A stretch of 64,000 bases of DNA. Origin: an uncultured Actinomycetota bacterium. GTDB taxonomy: Bacteria > Actinomycetota > Thermoleophilia > RBG-16-64-13. Location of the stretch: the NCBI GenBank assembly GCA_963701105.1, contig OY969565.1, positions 372,083 through 436,082 on the forward strand, given 5' to 3'. Shown here one piece after another: positions 43,875-53,441 of this stretch (positions within the stretch are counted from its first letter, which is position 1; the number at the start of each line of letters is the position of its first letter). The position numbers were made by a program, and so were the translations under genes. The notes beneath the pieces were generated by a model, which saw nothing but the letters and a program-made list of their open reading frames with translations, made no database searches and was not told the origin of the DNA.

Positions 43875-44123
43875 ACCCGACTGAGCGGGCGAGGTCGGCG
43901 TCACAGGCTACCGCATCGGCCCCGTCGAGCCCGCCGAGCCTGCAGGCCCTCTCGGCAAGAACCCTTGCTCGACTAACTTTCTGCCGGTCGCGTTCGTCCT
44001 AATCTTTGTTGAGGGTCGTGCACGTCATGATTAGCCCGGCGAAGTATTCGCATGAGGGCCGGTTGTGATAGTCTGCCTCGGTTCACTTCAGACATGATTT
44101 CGCACACCAAGGAGTAGCTGAGC

Positions 44124-44345
44124 GTGGTCTACGTACTTACTTTCCTGGATTCCGTTTTGGGAATCGGATTGCTTATCCTCATCTTCCTCCACTCGGGCAA
44201 GGATGCCGGCTTGTCCGGTGCGTTCGGCGGAGGCTTTCAATCCATAGGTGGCACCGGTGTGGTGCAGAAGAACCTCGATCGCCTGACCGTAGGTTGCGCG
44301 ATCATCTTCTTCGTGCTCACCGTAGTCCTAGGGTTCCTGGTGTAA
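44124..44345 (+). CDS. secG: preprotein translocase subunit SecG
   Basis: 73 aa with two TM helices and the SecG signature LLILIFLHSGKDAGLSGAFGGG. Confidence 0.8.
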   Translation: MVYVLTFLDSVLGIGLLILIFLHSGKDAGLSGAFGGGFQSIGGTGVVQKNLDRLTVGCAIIFFVLTVVLGFLV

Positions 44346-44450
44346 GAGGCGGCGGCGGGGTGTTTCCCGTAGCGCCCATGGGCGACCGAGGAGTGCCTCG
44401 GCCCCTGAGTGCCAAGAACCGGTACAAATGAGAACAAGGAGGAGCAGAAC

Positions 44451-46124
44451 TTGAACAGTTGGAAACGTGTGTGGTTGGGTGTGATCGTGGTCGTGGCGCT
44501 CGTTTTGCTCGTGGCCGTCGCTGTTGGTTGCGGTGGTTCCGACGAGACGACGACGACGAGCGGTCCGGCCACGAGCGAGACGACGGCTACTACTGCCGCC
44601 AGCGACCTCGCTGATGACCAGACGCTTGTCATCAACCTCACTAGCGAGCCCCCGAGCTTGGATCCCGACCTGGCCACCGACACCACGTCGGCCAAGGTCA
44701 TCAACAACATCTTCGAGGGTCTGGTGCACCTCGACAACGACGGGAATCCTTTCCCCGGCGCAGCTGAGTCGTGGGAATCTTCCGCAGACGGACTGACGTA
44801 CACGTTCCACCTGCGTGGCACCGACAAGTGGACCAATGGTGACACGGTCACTTCGATGGACTTCAAGAATGCGTGGACGCGCATCCTCGATCCGGCTACG
44901 GCTGCGGACTACGCCTACATGCTCTATCAGATCACGGGCGCGGCTGAGTTCAACGGCGGCACCGGCTCCGCGGACGCTCTGGGCCTCGACGCCACCGATC
45001 CGAACACCCTGGTCGTGACTCTGACGAGTCCGGCACCGTGGTTCGTCCCCATGATGAACCACCAGGCGTTCTTCCCCATCCCGAAGGCCACTGTCGACCA
45101 GTTCGGCGACAAGTGGACCGAGCCGGCGAACATCGTCACGAACGGCCCGTACAACCTGACCGAGTGGAACCACGACTCCGACATGACGCTTCAGAAGTGG
45201 GACGGATGGCGTGAAGCCAGTACCGTGACTCTCCAGACCATCAAGATGACGATGATCACCGAAGACACGACTGCCGTCGCAGCCTTCGAGAATGGCGAGA
45301 TCGACGTTCAGGACTCACTGCCGACTGCCGACATGCCTCGTCTGAAGGCGCTGCCGCAGTACAAGATGTTCCCCACTCTCGGCCTGTACTACTACGGCTT
45401 CAACACGAAGCATGCGCCGCTGGACGACGTCAAGGTCCGTAGGGCTCTGGCATTGGCCATCGATCGCCAGGCGATCATCGACAACATCGCCCAGGCCGAC
45501 CAGCAGGCTGCGACGAGCATCTCGCCCCCCGGCCTGCCCGGCTTCGATACCTACGTGCAGAAGGACTTCCTCAAGGCCACTGCGCAGGTCGATGAAGCCA
45601 AGGCACTCCTGGCTGAAGCCGGTTATCCGGACGGAGCAGGGCTGCCCGAGGTCGTGATCTACCACAACACGAGCGAAGGCCACGCAGCCATCGCCACGGC
45701 CATCCAGGAAGAATGGAAGGCCATCGGCGTCAATGCGACCATCAAGAACATGGAGTGGAAGCAGTACCTCGACTTCGTGCAGAACAACGACGAGACCATG
45801 GTCTACCGCATGGGCTGGATCGCCGACTTCGCGGATGCGTACAACTTCCTCGACCTGTTCCGTACCAACAGCGGGAACAACTACACCCGTTGGGGTAGCG
45901 CGGCATACGACAAGGCTCTGGACGATTCTCTGACGGCTCCGGACGATGCCGCCCGCTGGGCGCTTTACGCCCAAGCTGAGAAGATCGCCGGCGACGAGAT
46001 GCCGATCATGCCGATCTACTGGTACACGAACCCCGATCTGGTCCAGGACTGGGTAGAAGGCTACTTCGCTCAGCCTCTGGGTAACCAAGTCAACGCTTGG
46101 GTCATCACGATCAAGAAGCACTAG
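44451..46124 (+). CDS. ABC transporter substrate-binding lipoprotein, family 5 (oligopeptide/dipeptide/nickel, OppA/DppA-like)
   Basis: Lipobox LLVAVAVGC after a TTG start with AAGGAGG RBS. SBP_bac_5 architecture. Confidence 0.85.
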   Translation: MNSWKRVWLGVIVVVALVLLVAVAVGCGGSDETTTTSGPATSETTATTAASDLADDQTLVINLTSEPPSLDPDLATDTTSAKVINNIFEGLVHLDNDGNPFPGAAESWESSADGLTYTFHLRGTDKWTNGDTVTSMDFKNAWTRILDPATAADYAYMLYQITGAAEFNGGTGSADALGLDATDPNTLVVTLTSPAPWFVPMMNHQAFFPIPKATVDQFGDKWTEPANIVTNGPYNLTEWNHDSDMTLQKWDGWREASTVTLQTIKMTMITEDTTAVAAFENGEIDVQDSLPTADMPRLKALPQYKMFPTLGLYYYGFNTKHAPLDDVKVRRALALAIDRQAIIDNIAQADQQAATSISPPGLPGFDTYVQKDFLKATAQVDEAKALLAEAGYPDGAGLPEVVIYHNTSEGHAAIATAIQEEWKAIGVNATIKNMEWKQYLDFVQNNDETMVYRMGWIADFADAYNFLDLFRTNSGNNYTRWGSAAYDKALDDSLTAPDDAARWALYAQAEKIAGDEMPIMPIYWYTNPDLVQDWVEGYFAQPLGNQVNAWVITIKKH

Positions 46125-46156
46125 AGGTCTAGGGTTCTTGGTCCACGATGGATTCT

Positions 46157-46200
46157 GGAGGTGGCGCCGGTTGCACCGGCGCCACCTCCTTCTTTCTGTT
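46157..46200 (+). terminator. strong intrinsic terminator/attenuator between SBP gene and permease genes
   Basis: GGAGGTGGCGCCGG-ttgca-CCGGCGCCACCTCC followed by TTCTTTCTGTT. Confidence 0.75.
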
Positions 46201-46337
46201 CCCTCACGACGTAATCGACAAGGTGGTGTGGTAACTTTGTCTCGTCAGGCGTGCTTCTACCCTGGTTGCTCTCCTCGAACAGCCTTCACTGGGGCCTCCA
46301 TTGTGTCCGGGAAGAATGAATACGGGATGGTTGTTTC

Positions 46338-47255
46338 GTGACCAAACTAATAGCCCGCCGGATCCTGTGGACCATACCGGTGCTCATTCTGGTCATCTTC
46401 TTGACGTTCCTCTTGATGAAGGCGATACCCGGCGGCCCCTTTACCAGTGAGCGAGGGGTCCCCGAGGAGATCCTGCGGAATATGAACGCCAAGTACGGCT
46501 TGGACAGGCCGTGGTACGAGCAGTTCTTCCGCTATCTGTGGCACGCGGTCCAGGGCGATCTCGGTGTCTCCATGACGCAGAAGAGCCGGACCGTGGTCGA
46601 CGTGATATGGGATGCCTTCCCTGTGTCCATACACTTGGGAGTGCTGGCATTTGGTCTAGCGATGCTCATCGGCATCCCCGCCGGGGTCGTGGCGGCTCTC
46701 AAACACAACACCATCTGGGATTATGGGGCGATGTTCTATTCCACCGTCGGGTGGGCGCTTCCACATTTCATCGTAGGACCCGTCCTCATCTACGTCTTTG
46801 CATTGAAACTCGGCTGGCTTCCGACATCCAGGTGGACAGGCCCTGCAAGTTGGGTGTTACCCACGATCACGTTAGGGACGGCCCTATCGGCCTACTTCGC
46901 GAGGTTGACGCGAGGAAGCATGCTTGAGACTCTTCAGCAGGACTACGTCCGGACGGCTATGGCCAAAGGCCTCCCATTTCGCACGGTGGTGCTTAAGCAT
47001 GTCTTGCGCAACTCCCTTATCCCCGTTGTCACTCAGGCGGGGCCTTTGCTCGGTTTTGTGATCACAGGCTCGTTCATCACTGAGTACGTCTTTGCTATCC
47101 CTGGGCTGGGCAAATACTTCGTGAGCAGCGTCAGCAACCGGGACTACTCCGTCGTCATGGGTCTGGCGGTGCTGCTCTCCTCGATCATCATCTTCGCAAA
47201 CCTAGTGGTAGACATCCTGTACGGGGTGCTCGACCCGCGCATACGCTACGAGTAA
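46338..47255 (+). CDS. ABC transporter permease (OppB/DppB-like)
   Basis: Six TM segments and the BPD_transp_1 EAA-like loop. Confidence 0.9.
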   Translation: MTKLIARRILWTIPVLILVIFLTFLLMKAIPGGPFTSERGVPEEILRNMNAKYGLDRPWYEQFFRYLWHAVQGDLGVSMTQKSRTVVDVIWDAFPVSIHLGVLAFGLAMLIGIPAGVVAALKHNTIWDYGAMFYSTVGWALPHFIVGPVLIYVFALKLGWLPTSRWTGPASWVLPTITLGTALSAYFARLTRGSMLETLQQDYVRTAMAKGLPFRTVVLKHVLRNSLIPVVTQAGPLLGFVITGSFITEYVFAIPGLGKYFVSSVSNRDYSVVMGLAVLLSSIIIFANLVVDILYGVLDPRIRYE

Positions 47256-47264
47256 GGGCGGCCG

Positions 47265-48215
47265 ATGAGCGACGAAACAACCGGCACGGGCGTGAGGAAG
47301 GCCTCTGCGCTGGGCGGCGAGGCCTTCGACTCTGGAGATCCGATCATCCTCGAGCAGTCGACGCTGCTGGGCGACGTAGTACGACGCTACTCGCACAATC
47401 GGGCTGCCATGGCGGCGCTGTTCCTGCTGCTGCTCTTGATCATCTATTCGACGGTGGGGCCCTGGCTCAGGCCGTGGTCCTTCGACGAAGGGCTGTACTC
47501 GAATCCGAGCCTCATCCCCTATCAATTGCCCGATCTTGCCCATTGGTTCGGCACCGACCAGAACGGGCGCGACCTCTTCGTCAGAATGGCGATGGGCGGA
47601 CGCGTCTCCCTCTTGATCGCGTTCGCGGCCACCGGGATAGTCTTGGTGGTCGGGGTCCTGTACGGTTCCATCTCCGGGTTCGTAGGAGGAAAGACCGACG
47701 ACGCGATGATGCGGTTCGTCGACATCCTCTACGGCCTGCCGTATCTGCCGTTCGCCATAATCTTGCTGGTGATCCTCGGTGCCGGCATCTTTCCGATGTT
47801 GATGGCTCTGGCAGTGGTCTCCTGGCTGACCCCTTCCAGACTGGTGCGGGGACAGATGTTGACGCTGAAACAGAACGAGTACGTCGAGGCGGCACGAGCG
47901 CTGGGGGCCGGCCGCGGCCGTATCGTCTTCCGCCATCTGCTCCCGAACACCCTCGGCATCATCGTGGTCGCGATGTTCCTCGAGGTGCCCGGCATGATCT
48001 TGGGAGAAGCTACCCTGTCTTTCCTGGGGCTGGGCATCTCGGCTCCTGACGCGTCCTGGGGGACGCTCGCCTCCGAAGGGTGGAAGGCTCTGCGCTCTCA
48101 CCCCTGGTTGATCATATTGCCGGGCATCTTCATCGCCGTCACGGTGCTTTGCTTCAACTTCGTGGGTGACGGTTTCAGGGATGCCATCGATCCCCGCACC
48201 AAGGAGACGAAGTGA
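47265..48215 (+). CDS. ABC transporter permease (OppC/DppC-like)
   Basis: N-terminal OppC-type extension and six TM segments. Confidence 0.9.
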   Translation: MSDETTGTGVRKASALGGEAFDSGDPIILEQSTLLGDVVRRYSHNRAAMAALFLLLLLIIYSTVGPWLRPWSFDEGLYSNPSLIPYQLPDLAHWFGTDQNGRDLFVRMAMGGRVSLLIAFAATGIVLVVGVLYGSISGFVGGKTDDAMMRFVDILYGLPYLPFAIILLVILGAGIFPMLMALAVVSWLTPSRLVRGQMLTLKQNEYVEAARALGAGRGRIVFRHLLPNTLGIIVVAMFLEVPGMILGEATLSFLGLGISAPDASWGTLASEGWKALRSHPWLIILPGIFIAVTVLCFNFVGDGFRDAIDPRTKETK

Positions 48216-49204
48216 CCCGCCTTCTGGAGGTCAAGGACCTCAAGACCTACTTCTACACTCGTGAAGGCACGGTCCACGCGGTGGACGGCATAAGCTATAC
48301 GCTCGACCAGGGGCAGACGCTTGGCGTGGTCGGAGAGAGTGGTTGCGGGAAGAGCGTGGGTGCTTTGTCGCTCATGAGACTGATCCCCGAACCGCCCGGA
48401 CGCATCGAGTCGGGAAAGGTGCTCTTCGAGGGCAAGGACCTGCTCGAGTTGTCCGAGAACGAGATGCGGGTTATCCGCGGCAACGACATCTCCATGATCT
48501 TTCAGGATCCGATGACCTCATTGAATCCGGTGCTCAAGATCGGGTATCAACTGGCCGAATCGACGCGTCTGCACCTAGGGTTGAGCCGCAAGGAGGCCGA
48601 TGACCGTTCGGTCGAGTTGCTGGAGGCGGTGGGCCTCCCTGATCCGCGGAACCGGCTCAAGGATTACCCTCATCAGTTCTCCGGAGGGATGAGGCAGCGC
48701 GTCATGATCGCTATGGCCCTGAGTTGCGAGCCGAAACTGCTGATCGCCGATGAGCCGACGACGGCTCTGGACGTGACGATACAGGCGCAGATCCTCGACC
48801 TTCTCGAGCGGCTGCAAGAGCGATTCGGCATGTCGATCCTCTTGATCACGCACGACCTTGGCGTGGTCGCGGGCATGAGTGACAACATCGTGGTCATGTA
48901 CGCCGGCAAGATCGTGGAACGGGCGTCGGCCGAAGAGCTTTTTGCGAATCCGCAACACCCGTATACGGAAGCGCTGCTGGCCTCGATCCCGCGGCTCGAT
49001 GAGGAAGGGCGCAAGACACTCGCCAATATCCCGGGCATGCCGCCGGACCTGGTCGTTCCGCCTCCGGGATGCAGTTTCCACCCGCGGTGCATGTATGCCA
49101 CTGAGAAATGCACGGTGGTCGAGCCGGTGCTGTCCGCCTTCGACGGCCAACCCGACCACGTCGTCGCCTGCTGGCACTACCGAGACTCGAGGGAGGGCTC
49201 ATGA
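48212..49204 (+). CDS. ABC transporter ATP-binding protein (OppD/DppD-like, with C-terminal oligopeptide-ABC domain)
   Basis: GESGCGKS Walker A, LSGGMRQR signature; GTGA overlap upstream. Confidence 0.9.
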   Translation: MTRLLEVKDLKTYFYTREGTVHAVDGISYTLDQGQTLGVVGESGCGKSVGALSLMRLIPEPPGRIESGKVLFEGKDLLELSENEMRVIRGNDISMIFQDPMTSLNPVLKIGYQLAESTRLHLGLSRKEADDRSVELLEAVGLPDPRNRLKDYPHQFSGGMRQRVMIAMALSCEPKLLIADEPTTALDVTIQAQILDLLERLQERFGMSILLITHDLGVVAGMSDNIVVMYAGKIVERASAEELFANPQHPYTEALLASIPRLDEEGRKTLANIPGMPPDLVVPPPGCSFHPRCMYATEKCTVVEPVLSAFDGQPDHVVACWHYRDSREGS

Positions 49205-50250
49205 CCGCCACCCTGGTCGAAGAGCTGAGCGTTCCCGTTGCGACGTCCTACTCCGGGCCGCTGCTGCAGGTGCGCGATCTGGTCAAACGCTTCCCGATCA
49301 CCTCGGGCACGATCATTCAGAAGACCATCGGCATGGTTCACGCGGTGGAGGGTGTCAGCTTCTCCATCCGGGAGGGGGAGACGCTGGGCCTCGTGGGCGA
49401 GTCCGGCTGCGGAAAGACCACCACCGGGCGCTGCATACTCCAGCTGCACAAGCCCACCTCCGGCAGCATCCTTTTCGAGGGGAACGAGTTGACCACCCTC
49501 GACCGGGAGAGCATGCAGCGGGTGCGCCGCGACCTGCAGATCGTCTTCCAGGATCCCTACGCCTCGCTCAATCCGCGCATGACGGTAGGCACCATAGTCG
49601 GCGAGCCGTTGGTCATCCACCGTATCGGGACCAGGGCCGAGCGTAAGGAGAGAGTGCGCGAACTCCTCGACCTGGTGGGGCTCAACCCCTCGTTCACGAA
49701 CCGCTACCCTCACCAATTCTCGGGAGGCCAGCGACAGCGCATCGGGTTGGCGCGGGCGCTCGCCCTCAGTCCGAAGCTGATCATCTGCGACGAGCCGGTC
49801 TCGGCGCTGGACGTCTCCATCCAAGCACAGATACTGAACCTCTTCGACAAACTGCAACAGGACCTTGGTCTCACCTACCTGTTTATCGCACACAATCTGT
49901 CGGTGGTGAAGCACATCTCCGATCGGGTGGCCGTCATGTACCTAGGCAAGATCATGGAGGTCGCTCCGAGTCGGGAACTGTACGCAGCGCCGGTCCACCC
50001 GTATACGTACGGGTTGCTCTCGGCCATCCCCATTCCGGATCCCTCTGTGCAGAAGCGGCGTGAGCGCGTAGTCCTCGAGGGCGACGTGCCGAGTCCTGTT
50101 GACCCGCCGTCCGGCTGTGTGTTCCACCCTCGGTGTTTCCGTGCCAAGGCGATTTGTGCGCAGCAGGTCCCACCGATGGAACCGCACGGCCAGGGACATG
50201 AGGCCGCGTGTTTCTTCCCGCTGGACCAGCCGGTTGGCGAGAAGCCCTGA
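49201..50250 (+). CDS. ABC transporter ATP-binding protein (OppF/DppF-like)
   Basis: GESGCGKTT Walker A, FSGGQRQR signature; ATGA overlap upstream. Confidence 0.9.
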   Translation: MTATLVEELSVPVATSYSGPLLQVRDLVKRFPITSGTIIQKTIGMVHAVEGVSFSIREGETLGLVGESGCGKTTTGRCILQLHKPTSGSILFEGNELTTLDRESMQRVRRDLQIVFQDPYASLNPRMTVGTIVGEPLVIHRIGTRAERKERVRELLDLVGLNPSFTNRYPHQFSGGQRQRIGLARALALSPKLIICDEPVSALDVSIQAQILNLFDKLQQDLGLTYLFIAHNLSVVKHISDRVAVMYLGKIMEVAPSRELYAAPVHPYTYGLLSAIPIPDPSVQKRRERVVLEGDVPSPVDPPSGCVFHPRCFRAKAICAQQVPPMEPHGQGHEAACFFPLDQPVGEKP

Positions 50251-50292
50251 CCCGGGCAACGGGGTCTGGGCACGGGTCGCTGATATACTGGT

Positions 50293-50667
50293 AATGCAGC
50301 CCGGGTAGTCGCGGTGGGAGGGCGTCGGAGACGACGTCGGGCCCATCGAGGAAAGTCCGGACACCGCAGAGCAGGGTGCTGGATAACGTCCAGCCGGGGA
50401 GACCCGCGGGAAAGTGCCACAGAAATTACACAGCACTCCGGTGACGGCACGCCGTCTTCGGATGCAACGGTGAAATGGTGCGGTAAGAGCGCACCGGCGT
50501 CGTGGTGACACGACGGCCAGGCAAACCCCACCCGGTGCAAGGCCGAATAGGGAGGCGTTCGAGGGCTGCTCGTCCGATGCCTCCGGGTTGGCCGCACGAA
50601 GCACGCGGCAACGCGTGCTCCAGATGGATGGCTACCCTCGACAGAATCCGGCTTATAGGGCTGCATG
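50293..50667 (+). ncRNA. rnpB: RNase P RNA, bacterial type A
   Basis: Hallmark conserved blocks GAGGAAAGUCCGG, AGGGUGCUGGAUAACGUCCAGC, ACAGAA, GGUGAAAUGGUGCGGUAAGAGCGCACC, CAAGGCCGAAUAGGGAGGC and ACAGAAUCCGGCUUAUAGGGCUGCAU. The 5' AUGCAGCCC and 3' GGGCUGCAU form P1. Two hairpins follow. Confidence 0.88.
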
Positions 50668-50777
50668 TGTGAAGGTCTTTCCCCTTGGGGAGAGGCCTTC
50701 ACCACGTAGGGCCCGAACCCGGGCCTTTGCTGACCGTCGTGAAGGCGTAGAGTCTCGGCGTCGCGGGAGGTACAGAC

Positions 50778-52160
50778 ATGGCAGTGAGACGCGTCGTGAT
50801 CATGGGCGCGGCCGGGCGTGACTTCCACGTGTTCAACATGGTGTTCCGTGGTGATCCCCGGGTGGAGGTGGTCGCCTTCACCGCGACGCAGATCCCCGGC
50901 ATCGACAGCCGCACCTATCCGAGCGCGCTTGTCGGTGAGGCCTATCCGGAAGGCATCCCCATCGTCCCGGAGGATTCGCTGGAGGCGGTCATCGCCGAGC
51001 AGCGGGTGGACGAGGTGGTGTTCGCCTACAGCGACGTCTCTCACCAGACGGTGATGCACCAGGCCTCCCGCGTCCTGGCCGCCGGCGCCGATTTCACCCT
51101 GCTGGGGCCCAAGAGCACGATGATCCGCGCGGCAGTCCCCGTCGTGTCGGTGTGTGCGGCACGGACAGGCGCGGGCAAGAGTCAGACCTCCCGGTTCGTG
51201 GCCCACCTGCTCAGAGAGAACGGCGTGCGCCCGGTGATCGTGCGTCATCCCATGCCGTACGGGGACCTCGCCCGCCAGACGGTGCAACGCTTCGAATCGC
51301 TGGAAGATCTCGACCGCAACGAGGTCACGGTGGAGGAACGAGAGGACTACGAGCCCCATTTGCGTCACGGGTTCGTTGTCTACGCAGGGGTGGATTACCA
51401 GGCCGTGATCCGAGAAGCCGAGCGGGAGGCCGACGTGATCGTGTGGGACGGGGGGAACAACGACTTCTCCTTCGTGTCCCCCGATCTTGAGATCACGGTG
51501 GTGGATCCTCTCCGCGCCGGGCACGAGAGCACCTACCATCCGGGCGAGGTCAACGTGCGCCGGGCCGACGTCGTGGTCGTCAACAAGGTGAACTCTGCTA
51601 CTCCCGATGCCGTGGCGGCCGTGCGCGCGGAGGTGCGTTCATTGAATCCGCGGGCCCTCATCGTGGAGGTGGACTCGGACATCACCTTGGAGGAGGGGTG
51701 GGAGGAGACGGTGGCGGGGGTGCGTCGGCCGGCCGAGGCGGCCGGCCCCACACCGAGCCGCTTGAGAGTCCTGGTCATCGAGGACGGTCCCACTCTCACG
51801 CACGGGGGCATGTCCACCGGAGCCGGAGTGGAAGCGGCCCGACAGCTGGGAGAATCGGAGTTGGTGGACCCGCGTCCCTTCGCTGTGGGACACATAACCG
51901 CTCTGTTCGAGCGGTATCCGCACGTGGGACCGGTGCTGCCGGCTGTGGGCTACTTCGACGAGCAACTCCGCGACCTCGAGCGCACCGTCGCCGCCGTCCC
52001 GGCGGACCTCGTCCTGGTGGCCACCCCCTTCGATCTCACCAAGGTCATCCAGGTGTCGCAGCCCATAGTGCGGGTCTTCTACGAACTCGGTGAGCGCGGG
52101 GAACCCAGCCTCCGAGGAGCGGTGCTCAAGTTCATCGACGAGTTCTTTCCTCGAGGTTAG
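50778..52160 (+). CDS. P-loop NTPase with N-terminal Rossmann-like domain. G3E-like motif order (Walker A GAGKSQTS, WDGG, NKVN); possibly related to cyclic 2,3-diphosphoglycerate synthetase-like/DUF1611-like enzymes
   Basis: 460 aa; the ORF itself is strongly supported (GGGAGG RBS, coupled downstream gene). The family assignment comes from motif order only and is uncertain. Confidence 0.5.
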   Translation: MAVRRVVIMGAAGRDFHVFNMVFRGDPRVEVVAFTATQIPGIDSRTYPSALVGEAYPEGIPIVPEDSLEAVIAEQRVDEVVFAYSDVSHQTVMHQASRVLAAGADFTLLGPKSTMIRAAVPVVSVCAARTGAGKSQTSRFVAHLLRENGVRPVIVRHPMPYGDLARQTVQRFESLEDLDRNEVTVEEREDYEPHLRHGFVVYAGVDYQAVIREAEREADVIVWDGGNNDFSFVSPDLEITVVDPLRAGHESTYHPGEVNVRRADVVVVNKVNSATPDAVAAVRAEVRSLNPRALIVEVDSDITLEEGWEETVAGVRRPAEAAGPTPSRLRVLVIEDGPTLTHGGMSTGAGVEAARQLGESELVDPRPFAVGHITALFERYPHVGPVLPAVGYFDEQLRDLERTVAAVPADLVLVATPFDLTKVIQVSQPIVRVFYELGERGEPSLRGAVLKFIDEFFPRG

Positions 52161-52163
52161 GGA

Positions 52164-53132
52164 GTGCGCCGCCTCACGGTCGTGGCGTTGGGTGGCAACG
52201 CGCTCGTGCGCGCAGGGGAGCGCGGCACTCTTGAGGAGCAGATGCGGCACGTGGAGGAGTCGGTGGCGCCGATAGCCAAGGCGCTCGCTGGGGGCCTGCC
52301 CCTTATCGTGACCCACGGCAACGGCCCGATGATCGGGCAGTCGTTGTTGCGGGGAGAGGTGGCGCGCAACGAGGTTCCTCCGATGCCGTTGTTCGTGATG
52401 GATGCCGAGTCTCAAGGCAGCGTCGGGCTCCTCTTGCAGCAGGCCCTGTCGAACCATCTGCGGCGGGCCGGGGTCGGCCGGGAGGTCGTATGCCTGCTGA
52501 CCAGAGTGGTCGTGGACCCCCGGGACCCGAGTTTCGAGGTTCCGACCAAACCGGTGGGGATGTTCTACTCCGCGGAGGATGCGGCACGCCTGGCGGCGGA
52601 GAGAGGGTGGGTCATGACTGAGGACAGCGGTCGAGGATTCCGACGCCGCGTCCCCTCGCCGGAGCCGCTGCGCATCCCTGAGGCCCGCGTCATCGGCAGG
52701 CTGGCTCAGGGCGGCGTGGTGGTGGTGGCCGCGGGAGGGGGTGGGATCCCCGTGGTGGAGGCTGCCGACGGTACATTGGCAGGTGTGGACGCGGTGGTCG
52801 ACAAGGACCGGGCGTCCGCTCTTCTGGGCCTTCAAGCGGGGGCGGAGCGCCTCCTGGTGCTCACCTCCGTGGACGCGGTGTATGAGTCGTTCGGGACTCC
52901 GGCTCAGAAGCGACTGCCGCGGTTGTCGAGTGCTGAGGCGGCGCGGCTCCTCGCGGCCGGCGAGTTCCCTCCCGGCAGCATGGGGCCCAAGATCCAGGCC
53001 GCGATGGCTTTCCTCGAAGGGGGAGGGCAGGAAGCGCGCATCGGGCTGCCGGAGCAGTTGGAGAGCATCCTGACGGGGGAGGCGGGAACCGTGATCGTAC
53101 GAGAGGGAGGTGAGGACCCTGATGGAAGATGA
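52164..53132 (+). CDS. arcC: carbamate kinase
   Basis: Aligns by eye along its full length with canonical carbamate kinases: VVALGGNAL, THGNGPMIG (consensus SHGNGPQVG), MPL..D, TQVVVDP-like LTRVVVDP, PTKPVG, DSGRGFRRRVPSP, AAGGGGIPVV, GVDAVVDKD and PGSMGPKIQAA. Confidence 0.85.
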   Translation: MRRLTVVALGGNALVRAGERGTLEEQMRHVEESVAPIAKALAGGLPLIVTHGNGPMIGQSLLRGEVARNEVPPMPLFVMDAESQGSVGLLLQQALSNHLRRAGVGREVVCLLTRVVVDPRDPSFEVPTKPVGMFYSAEDAARLAAERGWVMTEDSGRGFRRRVPSPEPLRIPEARVIGRLAQGGVVVVAAGGGGIPVVEAADGTLAGVDAVVDKDRASALLGLQAGAERLLVLTSVDAVYESFGTPAQKRLPRLSSAEAARLLAAGEFPPGSMGPKIQAAMAFLEGGGQEARIGLPEQLESILTGEAGTVIVREGGEDPDGR

Positions 53133-53424
53133 TGCGTTACAACCGGCGGATGCCGAGGACTTCACCGACGCGCTGTCACCCAGTTTCCGACTGACCATGG
53201 CCTTCCTGCGGCAACACCCGCGCTACCGGCAGACGCTTTCGCTCACTCCAGAACATTTCCGCTTCGACCCGGTGTTGTGGCACTCCAGCATCGCCGCCCT
53301 GCGTGGCATGCTGGCATCTATCGCCGAGGGGGAGGGGCTTGAGCTCGGCGACGCCGACGTGGAGGAAGCGGTGCGTAACTTGGTGGAGGGGATCGTCCTC
53401 CGTTCGCGAGAGTGGGACGGCTAG
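53122..53424 (+). CDS. small acidic hypothetical protein (100 aa), translationally coupled to carbamate kinase
   Basis: ATG overlaps the last 11 nt of arcC, with a GGGAGGTGAGG RBS. No recognisable motifs. Confidence 0.45.
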   Translation: MEDDALQPADAEDFTDALSPSFRLTMAFLRQHPRYRQTLSLTPEHFRFDPVLWHSSIAALRGMLASIAEGEGLELGDADVEEAVRNLVEGIVLRSREWDG

Positions 53425-53441
53425 AGACCCGCGCCTGTGGG

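Noticed and set aside
50270-50700. Five short ORFs (50314..50508, 50426..50611, 50588..50821 and others) as protein-coding genes
   Set aside because: They lie entirely within the RNase P RNA gene.
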